Of a DNA stretch of 64,000 bases, positions 20,859-32,279 are shown in pieces. A model generated the notes under the pieces. That model saw only the letters and a program-made list of their open reading frames with translations. It did not search any database and was not told where the DNA came from. The position numbers and the translations under genes are program-made. The stretch comes from an uncultured cyanobacterium. GTDB taxonomy: Bacteria > Cyanobacteriota > Cyanobacteriia > Cyanobacteriales > Nostocaceae. Within the stretch, counting starts at the first letter, position 1, and every line of letters starts with the position of its first letter. The stretch lies in assembly GCA_963706595.1 (NCBI GenBank), contig OY970166.1, positions 1,248,001 through 1,312,000 of the forward strand, given 5' to 3'.

Positions 20859-23800
20859 ATGAACAACCCCAACCCAGAACGCCTATACAACCTAATACCA
20901 GCAATTTACCGTATCCGAGATGAAACCCAAGGCGGTTCTTTACGCGCCTTACTCGGTGTCATTGAACAGGAACTAGAAATTGTTGAAACCGATATTGCCA
21001 ATTTATATGAAAACTGGTTTATTGAAACCTGCGACGAGTGGGTAGTACCTTATATTGGTGACTTGTTAGCTGTTACTTTATATACTGAGCAAAGCCGCAC
21101 CTATGGACAAGAACGACGTGCTTATGTAGCGAATACCTTAGCATATCGTAACCGCAAAGGTACTGCACCAGTGCTAGAACAATTGATTGCAGATATCACT
21201 GGCTGGCGATCGCGTGTGGTAGAGTTCTTTAAGTTAGTCAGCACCAGCCAAAATTTAAATAATCTCCAGACGAATAACGTTTTTGCAGACATCCGCCAAT
21301 CTCGCAAAATTGACGCTATCGGAACTCCCTTTGAAGAATCGGTAGCGCATACCGTAGAAATTCGTAACATCAGCAATCAAGGCGGTAAATATAATATTGC
21401 CAACATTGGCATATTTTTATGGCGACTCAAAAGCTATCCCATTCAGAGGGTAACTGCACGTCCAATTAAATTCGCAGACACTAAAAGTCAAGGACGCTAC
21501 TATACTTTTAATGCATTAGGTATTGATATTCCCCTGTTTAACCAACCGCAAACAGAAACAGAAATTACCAGTCTCGCCTCCGAAATCAATTTACCCACGT
21601 CCTTACGTCGTTTAACCCTAGTTGCAGAATTAGAAGCCCGTCGTCAGTTAATCACTGATGGAAAAATCCCATCAAGTAATAGCTATTTTGGCAATAACCC
21701 AGTTTTACAAGTTTTTCTCAATCATCAATCAATTTCCCCCGAATATATTCTCATTGATGACTTAAATAAATGGGATAAACACAATTGGCAACTTTATCCT
21801 CATACTAAAACTTATAAAACTAGTGATAACCAAACAGAAAAAACATTTGAAATTCAAGCCATTGTAGATCCCGAATTAGGACGGTTAGCTGTAATTACCA
21901 AATCAGCCCCTCAAACCGTAGAAGTCAGTTATTCCTACGCTTTTAGTGGTGATATTGGTGGTGGTACTTATGATCGTAGCTCAAGTTTAAGCATCTCCCA
22001 ATCTATCTCTTTTCTCCAGTGGGATGTTAAACAACAAATTTTAAATAACAGTAGAGAACGAGTAGAAAATCATGTTTTCGCCTCTACTCCCATTCAACTA
22101 ATTTCTCCGGCGGCTATCAACAAAAAATCTCAACCTGCAAAACCTACCTTTCCCAGCCTAGCAACAGCCATCCAAGAATGGAATAAAAATGTCAAAACTT
22201 GGGAATACTGCGAAGAACAGATTTATTTAGAATTGCAATCAATTTATAGCAATAATCAATCCCAGACTACTTTATTAAATAACGAAAATCTGGCAAATTT
22301 TCAACCAGGTGTAGTTAACGGTTTAACTATCACAGCCAAGAAAAAAGCTGATACAATCAATATCGCATCTGGTACGGCTGTAGACAATCAAGGAAATCGG
22401 ATTTATCTGGGTATTAACTACCCGGTAAGTTTGAGAAAATACCCTAACCAAACAGTATATTTAGTTATTTTCTATAAAGTAGCCACAGAAGAACCAAAAT
22501 GGCAACTTAAATTTATTCCTCCAGCCGAAATTTCTACAACAACAGGTATATTATTAGCCAAATTAGTCATTAACCCCATAGGAGAAATTGCCGAAGCTGA
22601 TACAACAATTGCACCACAGTTTCAGCCAGGAATCATTCATGGCTTAGAAGTAAAATTAGTCAATCCTCTTGCCAAACAATTACAAATATCTCCTGGTAAA
22701 GCCGTAAATAGCAAAGCTAAACTTATTCAAATAGATAAATCATCTACTTTAGATTTTAACATTAATCCTAACCAAAAAGCAATTATATATATTACCCCCC
22801 AAGGCAAAATAGATATTATTCCAGATGTAGAAATGGGAGTAATTACCCTCAGAGACAACCACACTTATCAGGGTAACTTTACTGTAGCAATTCCCGCCGA
22901 TAAAACGTTAAAAATTGTAGCTGCTAATGAACGCCAACCGCATTTACAAGGTAAATTATTAGTCAAGGGTACTGCTAACAAAAATACTAACCCCGGTGAA
23001 ATTATTCTCGATGGTTTGCTAGTAGAAGGTAAAATTACTATTTTGCCGGGAAATCTCAAAAAATTACACATAGTCAATTGTACATTGTTATCTAAAACAG
23101 CAGCATTGACTGTAGAACAAGCTGAACGTAAATTAGAATCAGATATAGAGTCAGAGAACGATTTTTCACTACTAGCAATCATCATTTATTTTCTCAGCTT
23201 TATTCAGCAGATTCTCATCTTAGGAATAGGTGATGATAGCGCTGATTCTCCCAACAATCTCACTAAACTGTTTCAATTTGCTTTCCAAAAATTAGCTCGT
23301 GGCTTCTCTTTTTTACAAGAATTTACTCAAAAATGGCAATATCTAAACATACCAGAAACAGATGAACAGCACTTATGGAATTTAGAAGCCAGCGACGAAG
23401 AAACAGATAATATCAAATTAAAAGTTTTCATTGCTAACAGTATTTCTGGCAGTATCCTCTTAGCTGATACAGTACCACAGTTAAAAATCATCGATAGTAT
23501 TATAGATAAAACTGGGTACACGAATAATCAAACCTATCAAGGTAATCATAGTGCAATTACTGCTTTAGGAACCAAAGTTGATATTAATCGCACTACAGTT
23601 TTTGGCAGAATCAATGTTAGCAGCTTAGAAGCTAGCAACAGTATTTTTAATGAAACAGTAACTGTCCTTCGTACGCAGATTGGTTGCATCAGATTTTGTT
23701 ATTTACCCTATGGTTCCCGCACACCCAGTCGCTATCGCTGTCAACCAGATTTAGCTTTACAAAAAGTTGCTAATTTACCCGCAAATATTACCTCTTTAGC

Positions 23801-25341
23801 TATTAATCACACTACCGGAAAGGTTTTTGCTGGCACTGCTGGTAAGGGGATATATTATTTAAATAATCATCATATCTGGCAACAGATTAATCCTAATTTA
23901 ACTAACCAAAATGTTACTAAACTGCTGGCTAATATTCCCACTGACATCGCAGGTACAGATTTAATCTTAGCTGGTACAACTGATGGTGGTATTTTTAAAT
24001 CTCTAGATAATGGTGAAACTTGGAATTTGAGTAATACAGTTACAATTAATGGACAAGATATCCCCACTCGTAGCTACTAATATTACTGCCTTAGTTGCCT
24101 ATAATCAATCTGTTACAGGTGTCATTACCAGTGCAGGTATGCAAATCACAGGAGAGGGGACAAAATTCACCAAACAACTGAGAAAAGATAGTCTAATTAT
24201 TGCCGCAGGTGAAACGAGAATTATCACGAAAATTAGCTCTGATACTGTTCTGGAAATCAATGCACCATTCAGTAGTGATTTACCTGCTGAAACAACCTTG
24301 AAAACCCAGTATATTTTGGTCGGAACTGGTAGCGGAGTTTTTCGTTCTCAAGATAATAGCCAGAATTGGCAACCCATAAATTTTGGTTTACAAAATCGCC
24401 AGATTCAAGACTTAATAGTTAATCATCATAACGGCGAGATTTTTGCTGGAACAGAGGCTGGTTTTTATCGTTCAAAGAATAATGGTAATCTTTGGACTGC
24501 ACTCAATCGCAATTTACCCAATCGTCATGTTACAGCTTTAGCCATTAATCAATATAATGGACAAATTTTTATCGGAACAAGAGATGGTATTTTTCGTTCT
24601 CAGAATGATTGTCAAAAATGGCAACTAGTTAATCATGGCTTAACTGATACAGATATTACCGTCTTGACAACATATACCAAACCGGGAACAGGGACTATTT
24701 CTAGCAATGGCACAAAAATCACGGGTATTCATACCGCCTTCAACACAGAATTAGCCAAAGGTAGCGTGATTAATATTAATAATCAAACTAGAACAATCAT
24801 CGCTATTGAGGAAAATAACATTCTGACAATTGATGCGGCTTTTAGTGATAATTTACCTCCAGAAACCACATTTAGTATCAACTATCTCTTAACAGGCACG
24901 ATGGGAGGTAATATATTTATATCTAAAGATCATGGTAATACTTGGCAACAAATTACCACAAACTTGACTGCAATTACCACCTTTGCCATAAATCCTCATA
25001 ATAATTACATTTATGCAGGAACATTTGCGGGGAATGTTTTATATTCCCAAGATAATGGCAATAATTGGCTAGAAATCAATCATGGCTTTGATGGATTTGA
25101 TGAACAAAGTATTATTTTGATGAATTATAAACCCAGTTTTACATCTGAAGAATATGGTCAACCTAATTATGCTCAACTTCAAGAAGTTTCTATCCCAGAG
25201 ATAAGTACTGGTGCAGAAGACAATTCCGAAATGGGTGTGTTTAACTATCTACAACAACCGCAACGGGAAACAAATTTACGTGCTAGTCTCAATGAATATC
25301 TCAGGTTTGGACTAGAAGCAGGAATTTTTTATCAAAGTTAA
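20859..25341 (+). CDS. Phage-tail/baseplate wedge protein (tail protein I/gp7-like), split into ORFs 20859-24080 and 24049-25341 by one extra base near 24062-24065
   Basis: N-terminal LYNLIPAIYRIRD...NWFIETCDEWVVPYIGDL...RKGT; C-terminal GAEDNSEMGVF...EYLRFGLEAG lies in the second frame; propeller repeats continue across the break. Confidence 0.78.
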
Positions 25342-25355
25342 GGAAATAATCAATT

Positions 25356-28300
25356 ATGAAAGGTGATATTACTCGGTTGACATTTCGTCCTGAAAAACAT
25401 TATCAAGCCGTGCGGATGCAACAGGGACGACTACAATTAGATGCTGATTGGAATGAACAAGTTGATATTCAAAATTATCTCACCCAATCTCTAGCCAAAT
25501 ATGTGATTGGTGATAGTGGTGTCCTTAAAAATAGTGACAGTTTTAGAATTGATGTCTCTGAGTCAGCATCAGATTTTCAGATAAATGCTGGCAAAATGTA
25601 TGTGAATGGGATTATTTGCGAATTAGAACAAAATACAACTTACAAAACACAATTAGACTATCCCAACCCCAACTCACCCGAATTAATTCAAGATAAATTT
25701 TATCTAGCTTATATAGATGTCTGGGAACGTGATATTACTGCATTGGAAGACCCAGAAATTCGTGAATCGGCACTCAAAGGACTTGACACTGCTACCCGCA
25801 CTAAAACCATTTGGCAGGTAAAATTGATGCGAGTACCTGATGAAGATGTACAGAATAATGAGATTACAAACTGGCAATTTTTTGCAAATGATTTAAATAT
25901 AGACCGCCAAGTTTATTTAAATGCTGCTACTGCTAATAGTGTTTCAAAAGGAGAATTAGTTAAACCCAAAAATGGTTATCTAGGTTCAGAGAATCAATTA
26001 TATCGGGTGGAAATTCATCAATCTGGTGATATTAAGTCAGCAACATTTAAGTGGGCGCGGAATAATGGTGTAACGGTTAGTGGTATTGAAAGCATTGCCG
26101 GAAATACTATTGATATTAGTAATGTTGGTAGAGATGATTTGCAGTCATTTAAGCCTAATCAATGGGTAGAAATTATTGATGAAGAACAGGAATTAAAAAA
26201 TGAGCCAGGTAAGTTATTCCGGTTAATAAAAGTATTAAATAAACAGCTTGATGTAGTTGGTGATCCTATAGAATCACAATTTTCTGGTAAAAAAAATCTG
26301 AAGGTGATAGGTTGGCAAGAAGACCAAGTTACAAAAGAAGCTGAAATTAAAGTTTCCCCTAATTGGATTGAGTTAGAACAGGGAATTTATATCCAATTTG
26401 ATTCAGAATCTACATATAAAACTGGTGATTATTGGCTAATTCCGGCACGTGCTTATATCAAAGATATTGATTGGCCCTATGCAGCAGAACCAATTAAACA
26501 GCGATCGCTTGGAATCAAACACCACTATTCTCCTCTAGCATTGCTGAAGTACAATAACGGTACTTTTACCCTTCCCCGTGACTATCGTCCTACTTTCCCC
26601 TCTTTGGTAAATTGCTTGGATAAAACTGGTGATACCATGACTGGTGATCTGGAAATTCAAGCTAATCTTTACGTTACTAACGGTGGTAAAGTCGGCATTG
26701 GGACAAAAGAACCTGAAGCAACACTGCATATTGATGGGAATGTCTGTATTAGTAATGGTACAAAGTCAGTGAATATTGCACCACAGATAGACCAATGGAT
26801 GCAATTTACCACTAATTTAGATGGTTACTACTTTGATAAAGGCATTCGTATTCAAAATGGAGTAATTAGTGATGGTCAAACTGCAAATTTTCTGGATATC
26901 ACTACGGAAAATGATAAATCTCACTTCAAAACTAACCTGAATGGTTACTACTTTGATAAAGGTATTCAAATCCAATCGGGAGTCATTAGTAGTGATGTCA
27001 ATTTATCATTACAAACAAATGGTAAAACTCACCTTTCTATTTTAAACTTAGATGGAAATGTCGGCATTGGAATAGATGATCCTGACCAGAAGCTACAAGT
27101 TGATGGTGTTGTGAGAATTGGTAAAACTGCTCGTTTTCTAGATATCAGTGCAGGAGAGGATAATTTATCTCACTTCAAAACTAACCTGAATGGTTACTAT
27201 TTCGATCAAGGTATTCAAATCCAATCTGGAGTCATTAGTAGTGATGTCAATTTATCATTACAAACAAATGGTAAAACTCACCTTTCTATTTTAAACTTAG
27301 ATGGAAATGTCGGCATTGGAATAGATGAGCCTGACCAGAAGCTACAAGTTGATGGTGTTGTGAGAATTGGTAAAACTGCTAGTTTTCTAGATATCAGTGC
27401 AGGAGAGGATAATTTATCTCACTTCCAAACTAACCTGAATGGTTACTATTTCGATCAAGGTATTCAAATCCAATCTGGAGTCATTAGTAGTGATGCCAAT
27501 TTATCATTACAAACAAATGGTAAAACTCACCTTTCTATTTTAAACTTAGATGGAAATGTCGGCATTGGAATAGATGAGCCTGACCAGAAACTACAAGTTG
27601 ATGGTGTTGTAAGAATTGGTAAAACTGCTAGTTTTCTAGATATCAGTGCAGGAGAGGATAATTTATCTCACTTCCAAACTAACCTGAATGGTTATTACTT
27701 CGATAAAAGTATTCAAATCCAATCTGGAGTCATTAGTAGTGATACCAATTTATCATTACAAACAAATGGTAAAACTCACCTTTCTATTTTAAACTTAGAT
27801 GGAAATGTCGGCATTGGAATAGATGAGCCTGACCAGAAACTACAAGTTGATGGTGTTGTGAGAATTGGTAAAACTGCTCGTTTTCTAGATATCAGTGCAG
27901 GAGAGGATAATTTATCTCACTTCCAAACTAACCTGAATGGTTACTATTTCGATCAAGGTATTCAAATCCAATCTGGAGTCATTAGCAGTGATGTCAATTT
28001 ATCATTACAAACAAATGGTAAAACTCACCTTTCTATTTTAAACTTAGATGGAAATGTCGGCATTGGAATAGATGAGCCTGACCAGAAACTACAAGTTGAT
28101 GGTGTTGTGAGAATTGGTAAAACTGCTAGTTTTCTAGATATCAGTGCAGGAGAGGATAATTTATCTCACTTCCAAACTAACCTGAATGGTTACTATTTCG
28201 ATCAAGGTATTCAAATCCAATCTGGAGTCATTAGTAGTGATGTCAATTTATCATTACAAACAAATGGTAAAACTCACCTTTCTATTTTAAACTTAGATGG

Positions 28301-28967
28301 AAATGTCGGCATTGGAATAGATGAGCCTGACCAGAAGTTACAAGTTGATGGTGTTGTAAGAATTGGTAAAACTGCTCGTTTTCTAGATATCAGTGCAGGA
28401 GAGGATAATTTATCTCACTTCCAAACTAACCTGAATGGTTATTACTTCGATAAAAGTATTCAAATCCAATCTGGAGTCATTAGTAGTGATACCAATTTAT
28501 CATTACAAACAAATGGCAAAACTCAGATGCTTTTGACCACAAAAGGTAATGTGAGTATAGGCGATTCGGTCTCTGCTTCAGATGCTAAATTATATATAGA
28601 TGGCAATCTGAGAGTGAATGGCAGAATTTTCCAAGATTCATCAAGGGAATTGAAGGAGAATATTACCGAGTTATCTAGTCAAGAGGTAACGGAAATACTA
28701 AAAACTATAAAACCAATCAAATTCAATTACAAAAACAGCGTAGATAAAGAGATTCAGGCTGGATTTTTGTCGGAAAATGTTCCCAGTTTGCTGACATCAA
28801 GTGATAATACGGCAATTAGTCCTGTTGATATTGTGGCTGTATTAACTAAAGCTGTTAAAGACCAACAGATACAAACATCACTATTACTCATTGCTTTAAG
28901 AGATCAGCGCATCCAAATTGCAACACTGATTGAGAAAGTCAGAGTGCTAGAATCCAAAAACCAATAA
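25356..28967 (+). CDS. Tail fibre-like protein: DUF6519-like N-terminus, 83-aa repeats, C-terminal S74-type intramolecular chaperone
   Basis: MKGDITR...MQQGRLQLDADWNEQ, ENQLYRVEIH, FKWARNNG, GDYWLIPAR; GNVGIG repeats; SSRELKENI...GFLSENVP plus coiled coil. Confidence 0.85.
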   Translation: MKGDITRLTFRPEKHYQAVRMQQGRLQLDADWNEQVDIQNYLTQSLAKYVIGDSGVLKNSDSFRIDVSESASDFQINAGKMYVNGIICELEQNTTYKTQLDYPNPNSPELIQDKFYLAYIDVWERDITALEDPEIRESALKGLDTATRTKTIWQVKLMRVPDEDVQNNEITNWQFFANDLNIDRQVYLNAATANSVSKGELVKPKNGYLGSENQLYRVEIHQSGDIKSATFKWARNNGVTVSGIESIAGNTIDISNVGRDDLQSFKPNQWVEIIDEEQELKNEPGKLFRLIKVLNKQLDVVGDPIESQFSGKKNLKVIGWQEDQVTKEAEIKVSPNWIELEQGIYIQFDSESTYKTGDYWLIPARAYIKDIDWPYAAEPIKQRSLGIKHHYSPLALLKYNNGTFTLPRDYRPTFPSLVNCLDKTGDTMTGDLEIQANLYVTNGGKVGIGTKEPEATLHIDGNVCISNGTKSVNIAPQIDQWMQFTTNLDGYYFDKGIRIQNGVISDGQTANFLDITTENDKSHFKTNLNGYYFDKGIQIQSGVISSDVNLSLQTNGKTHLSILNLDGNVGIGIDDPDQKLQVDGVVRIGKTARFLDISAGEDNLSHFKTNLNGYYFDQGIQIQSGVISSDVNLSLQTNGKTHLSILNLDGNVGIGIDEPDQKLQVDGVVRIGKTASFLDISAGEDNLSHFQTNLNGYYFDQGIQIQSGVISSDANLSLQTNGKTHLSILNLDGNVGIGIDEPDQKLQVDGVVRIGKTASFLDISAGEDNLSHFQTNLNGYYFDKSIQIQSGVISSDTNLSLQTNGKTHLSILNLDGNVGIGIDEPDQKLQVDGVVRIGKTARFLDISAGEDNLSHFQTNLNGYYFDQGIQIQSGVISSDVNLSLQTNGKTHLSILNLDGNVGIGIDEPDQKLQVDGVVRIGKTASFLDISAGEDNLSHFQTNLNGYYFDQGIQIQSGVISSDVNLSLQTNGKTHLSILNLDGNVGIGIDEPDQKLQVDGVVRIGKTARFLDISAGEDNLSHFQTNLNGYYFDKSIQIQSGVISSDTNLSLQTNGKTQMLLTTKGNVSIGDSVSASDAKLYIDGNLRVNGRIFQDSSRELKENITELSSQEVTEILKTIKPIKFNYKNSVDKEIQAGFLSENVPSLLTSSDNTAISPVDIVAVLTKAVKDQQIQTSLLLIALRDQRIQIATLIEKVRVLESKNQ
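26922..28524 (+). repeat. 249-bp near-identical tandem repeat, 6 full units plus a partial seventh
   Basis: Unit starts at 26922, 27171, 27420, 27669, 27918, 28167 and 28416. Confidence 0.95.
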
Positions 28968-28969
28968 CA

Positions 28970-29161
28970 TAGGACTTACGCACTGTACAAATTAATCATG
29001 GTATGATGTTACTAAAATAGCCAATTTCCGGCTTTGAACAATGATTATGTTGATAGTAAATATACCCGTGTGGTAGGGGTTTAGCATTGCTAAACCCCTA
29101 CGAAATGTGTTCTTTTTAGTGTTACACATATTTGGGATTTATTGTCAATGCGTAAGTCCTA
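28970..29161. mobile_element. MITE-like element with TAGGACTTACGCA IRs, containing a GTAG-type palindrome
   Basis: Same IRs as 1952-2043; internal GTAGGGGTTTAGCA-TTGCTAAACCCCTAC at ~29073-29101. Confidence 0.75.
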
Positions 29162-29168
29162 TAAACTA

Positions 29169-29196
29169 AAGGCGCAGAGAACTCTCTCTGCGCCTT
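29169..29196. terminator. Hairpin between convergent CIS operon and secA (possible terminator)
   Basis: AAGGCGCAGAGA-ACTC-TCTCTGCGCCTT, 12-bp stem. Confidence 0.5.
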
Positions 29197-29228
29197 GTGC
29201 ATCTGGTGGGTGAAAAAAAACTTTTTTT

Positions 29229-32024
29229 TTACACCATCTCAGATGATGGTTGCACCACAGGAGCCGACTGCTGAGGCTGGAACATAAACAACGAGTAAAC
29301 TACATCTCGGCGGATGTTGACCATCATATCCAAGAACAGTTCATAACCCTCGCTCTTGTACTCAATCAACGGGTCTTTCTGCCCATAACCACGCAAACCT
29401 ACTGATTCGCGCAAAGCATCCATTTGTTGCAGGTGTTCGCGCCACAGAGTATCAATGCGCTGCAAGATAAAGAACCTTTCAGCTTGTCGCATGAGTCCCG
29501 GTTGAATTTGGTCAATTTGTGCTTCTTTGAGGTCATAGGCAATTCGCACTTGTTCATGGAGAAAAGCCTTAATCTCGCTCATGCTCATATCCTCTAACTG
29601 ACTTGGTTCCATGTCCGCTAGCAGATAGACAAATTCCTTGACTTTATCCACCAACTTTTGTAACTCCCACTCTTCCGAGGGTAAGTCTGGGTTGATGTAG
29701 AAATCAACGATTTCATCCATCGTTTTTTCGGCGTACTTGATTACCTGTTCTTTCAAGTCCTGACCTTCCAACACCCGACGACGTTCGGCGTAGATGGCGC
29801 GACGTTGGTTATTCATTACCTCGTCGTACTCAAACACCTGTTTACGGATGTCGTAGTAGTAGGTTTCGACTTTTTTCTGTGCGCCTTCCAAACTGCGAGT
29901 CAGCATCCCGGATTCAATGGGCATATCTTCCTCTACTTGGAAAGCATTCATTAATCCAGCGACGCGATCGCCTCCAAAGATCCGCAGTAAGTTATCCTCT
30001 AAACTCAGGAAGAATCGTGTCGAACCGGGGTCTCCTTGTCGTCCCGCCCGTCCCCGCAATTGGTTATCAATCCGCCGTGATTCGTGGCGTTCTGTACCAA
30101 TTACGTGCAAACCACCTAACTCAACTACCTCATTGTGTTCAGTTTCGGTAAATTGTTCGTATTCTTCCTTCACACGCTTGTAAGCTTCCCGCAACCTCAG
30201 AATTACAGGGTCGTCAATGGGAGCTTTTTCAGCTGCTACAGCCACCTTATCTTCGGCTTCCAGTTCCGGTAAACTGCGATCGCCATACTCCCGCACAGCG
30301 ACTTCCACCGCATCTTTTAATAACTGTTCAGTTTCCTTTGTCAGTTCAGTGGGGAAAATTTCTGGTGAAGCTCGCCAAGTTTTGATTTTCTTCCCAGGAA
30401 CAAAACCTTGACCACCACCGTGTCCTGTAGGCAAGCCAGCAGCTTTTTGTACACCAAAAACATCTTCATCTTCTGGCCTGACAATTCGCGGCATAAAGTA
30501 TTCTCGCAGCTTCAGACGTGCCATGTATTCGGAGTTACCACCCAAAATGATGTCTGTACCTCTACCAGCCATGTTGGTGGCGATGGTTACAGCACCTCTG
30601 CGTCCGGCTTGGGCGACAATTTCCGCTTCCCGTTCCACGTTTTCTGGTCGAGCGTTGAGCAGTTCGTGGGGAATCTCCATCTGTTTGAGCAACTGACTGA
30701 GATATTCCGATTTTTCCACACTGGTGGTTCCTACCAGGACAGGTCTGCCGAGTTCGTGCATTTCCGCACATTCTCCCGCGATCGCCCGCCATTTCCCCGG
30801 TTCGGTTTTAAACACCATATCCGGCCAATCTTGCCGTCTTCTGATTCTATTGGTAGGAATTACCGCAACTTCTAATTTGTAGATTTTTTCAAATTCCGGC
30901 TCTTCAGTTTTTGCCGTTCCTGTCATCCCACCTAACTTAGGATAAAGCAAGAACAAATTTTGATAAGTAATTGTCGCCAGGGTTTGAGTTTCCGGTTGAA
31001 TCTCTACGTGTTCTTTCGCTTCAATTGCTTGGTGTAAACCATCACTCCAACGCCTTCCAGGCAACACCCTCCCGGTAAATTCATCGACAATTACCACTTC
31101 CTTGTTCCCAACGATGTAGTGTTTGTCCTTCAGGAAAAGTTCCTTAGCTTTAATAGCATTGAACATGAAATGCGCCCAAGGATCTTCCGGGTCAAATAAA
31201 TCTGTAACTCCCAAAAGATTTTCTGATTCCGCGAAACCTTCATCAGTTAACAGCACGTTACGAGCTTTTTCATCAACCTCGTAATGCTCATCTACTTGCA
31301 GTCTGGAAGCAATTTCAGCAGCTTGGAGGTATTTTTCTGTAGGTCTTTCTACCTGTCCAGAAATAATTAGCGGTGTCCGCGCCTCATCAACTAAAATCGA
31401 GTCTACCTCGTCAATCACACAATAGTTAAACGGGCGTTGTACCACATCAGCCATTGATGTAGCCATATTGTCCCGCAGGTAGTCAAAACCGATCTCACTA
31501 TTGGTGACATAAGTGATATCGCACTCATAGTTTTTTTGGCGTTCACTGGGAATCATGCTCGACTGAATCAGCCCCACACTCAAACCCAGAAACCGATGCA
31601 CCTGTCCCATCCATTCAGCATCCCGACGAGCCAGGTAATCGTTAACGGTAATTACGTGTACACCTTTACCAGTTAGAGCATTTAAATAACTCGGTAAAGT
31701 AGCCACCAGAGTTTTACCTTCTCCGGTTTTCATTTCCGCAATTTGCCCAGAGTGTAGGATGACACCGCCCAACATCTGGACATCAAAATGCCGCAATCCC
31801 AAGACTCGCCTTCCGGCTTCTCTGACCACAGCAAAAGCTTCCGGCAGAATATCATCCAGCGTTTCGCCTTTGGCAAGTCGCTCTTTAAATTCTCCGGTTT
31901 TGCCTTTTAAATCCTCATCAGAAAGGGCTGCAATGTCTTCCTCTAAGAGGTTAATTTCACTAATGTAAGGTTGGTATTTTTTAAGCTTACGAGCGTTGGG
32001 ATCGCCCAACAAAAGTTTTAGCAT
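29229..32024 (-). CDS. secA: Preprotein translocase subunit SecA
   Basis: [53 protein letters not shown]. Confidence 0.98.
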   Translation of the reverse strand: MLKLLLGDPNARKLKKYQPYISEINLLEEDIAALSDEDLKGKTGEFKERLAKGETLDDILPEAFAVVREAGRRVLGLRHFDVQMLGGVILHSGQIAEMKTGEGKTLVATLPSYLNALTGKGVHVITVNDYLARRDAEWMGQVHRFLGLSVGLIQSSMIPSERQKNYECDITYVTNSEIGFDYLRDNMATSMADVVQRPFNYCVIDEVDSILVDEARTPLIISGQVERPTEKYLQAAEIASRLQVDEHYEVDEKARNVLLTDEGFAESENLLGVTDLFDPEDPWAHFMFNAIKAKELFLKDKHYIVGNKEVVIVDEFTGRVLPGRRWSDGLHQAIEAKEHVEIQPETQTLATITYQNLFLLYPKLGGMTGTAKTEEPEFEKIYKLEVAVIPTNRIRRRQDWPDMVFKTEPGKWRAIAGECAEMHELGRPVLVGTTSVEKSEYLSQLLKQMEIPHELLNARPENVEREAEIVAQAGRRGAVTIATNMAGRGTDIILGGNSEYMARLKLREYFMPRIVRPEDEDVFGVQKAAGLPTGHGGGQGFVPGKKIKTWRASPEIFPTELTKETEQLLKDAVEVAVREYGDRSLPELEAEDKVAVAAEKAPIDDPVILRLREAYKRVKEEYEQFTETEHNEVVELGGLHVIGTERHESRRIDNQLRGRAGRQGDPGSTRFFLSLEDNLLRIFGGDRVAGLMNAFQVEEDMPIESGMLTRSLEGAQKKVETYYYDIRKQVFEYDEVMNNQRRAIYAERRRVLEGQDLKEQVIKYAEKTMDEIVDFYINPDLPSEEWELQKLVDKVKEFVYLLADMEPSQLEDMSMSEIKAFLHEQVRIAYDLKEAQIDQIQPGLMRQAERFFILQRIDTLWREHLQQMDALRESVGLRGYGQKDPLIEYKSEGYELFLDMMVNIRRDVVYSLFMFQPQQSAPVVQPSSEMV

Positions 32025-32279
32025 GGCAGATTATGGAAATAAGTCAAGGGTTACGGTGAATAAAGTTTTTGTATTGATTATAAGAATTTAACCCAATCCA
32101 GCCATTTAGGTTTTAGACGGGTAGAAAGTCAGAATTAACTCAAAAACAGCAAAAGGTAGATCCAATCATTTATGAAACCGATTGGTTTAATTTTTCAGTT
32201 TAAATTTCAAACTAATCTAATAGTATCATTTTGCCCACAACTGAGTCAGGCAGTCTGGTCATTGGTCATTGGTCATTGG

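Noticed and set aside
26922..28524. CRISPR array or diversity-generating retroelement target in the fibre repeats
   Set aside because: Units are contiguous, in frame and lack unique spacers; differences are not adenine-specific; no reverse transcriptase or cas gene in the window
10586..28967. Prophage or type VI secretion system
   Set aside because: No capsid, portal, terminase, integrase or lysis genes and no TssJ/L/M/K or ClpV; gene order and the double baseplate J fit an eCIS-type locus
29879..31968. Short alternative-frame and antisense ORFs within secA (and similar ones inside other long genes)
   Set aside because: Fully overlap well-supported genes and show no recognisable motifs
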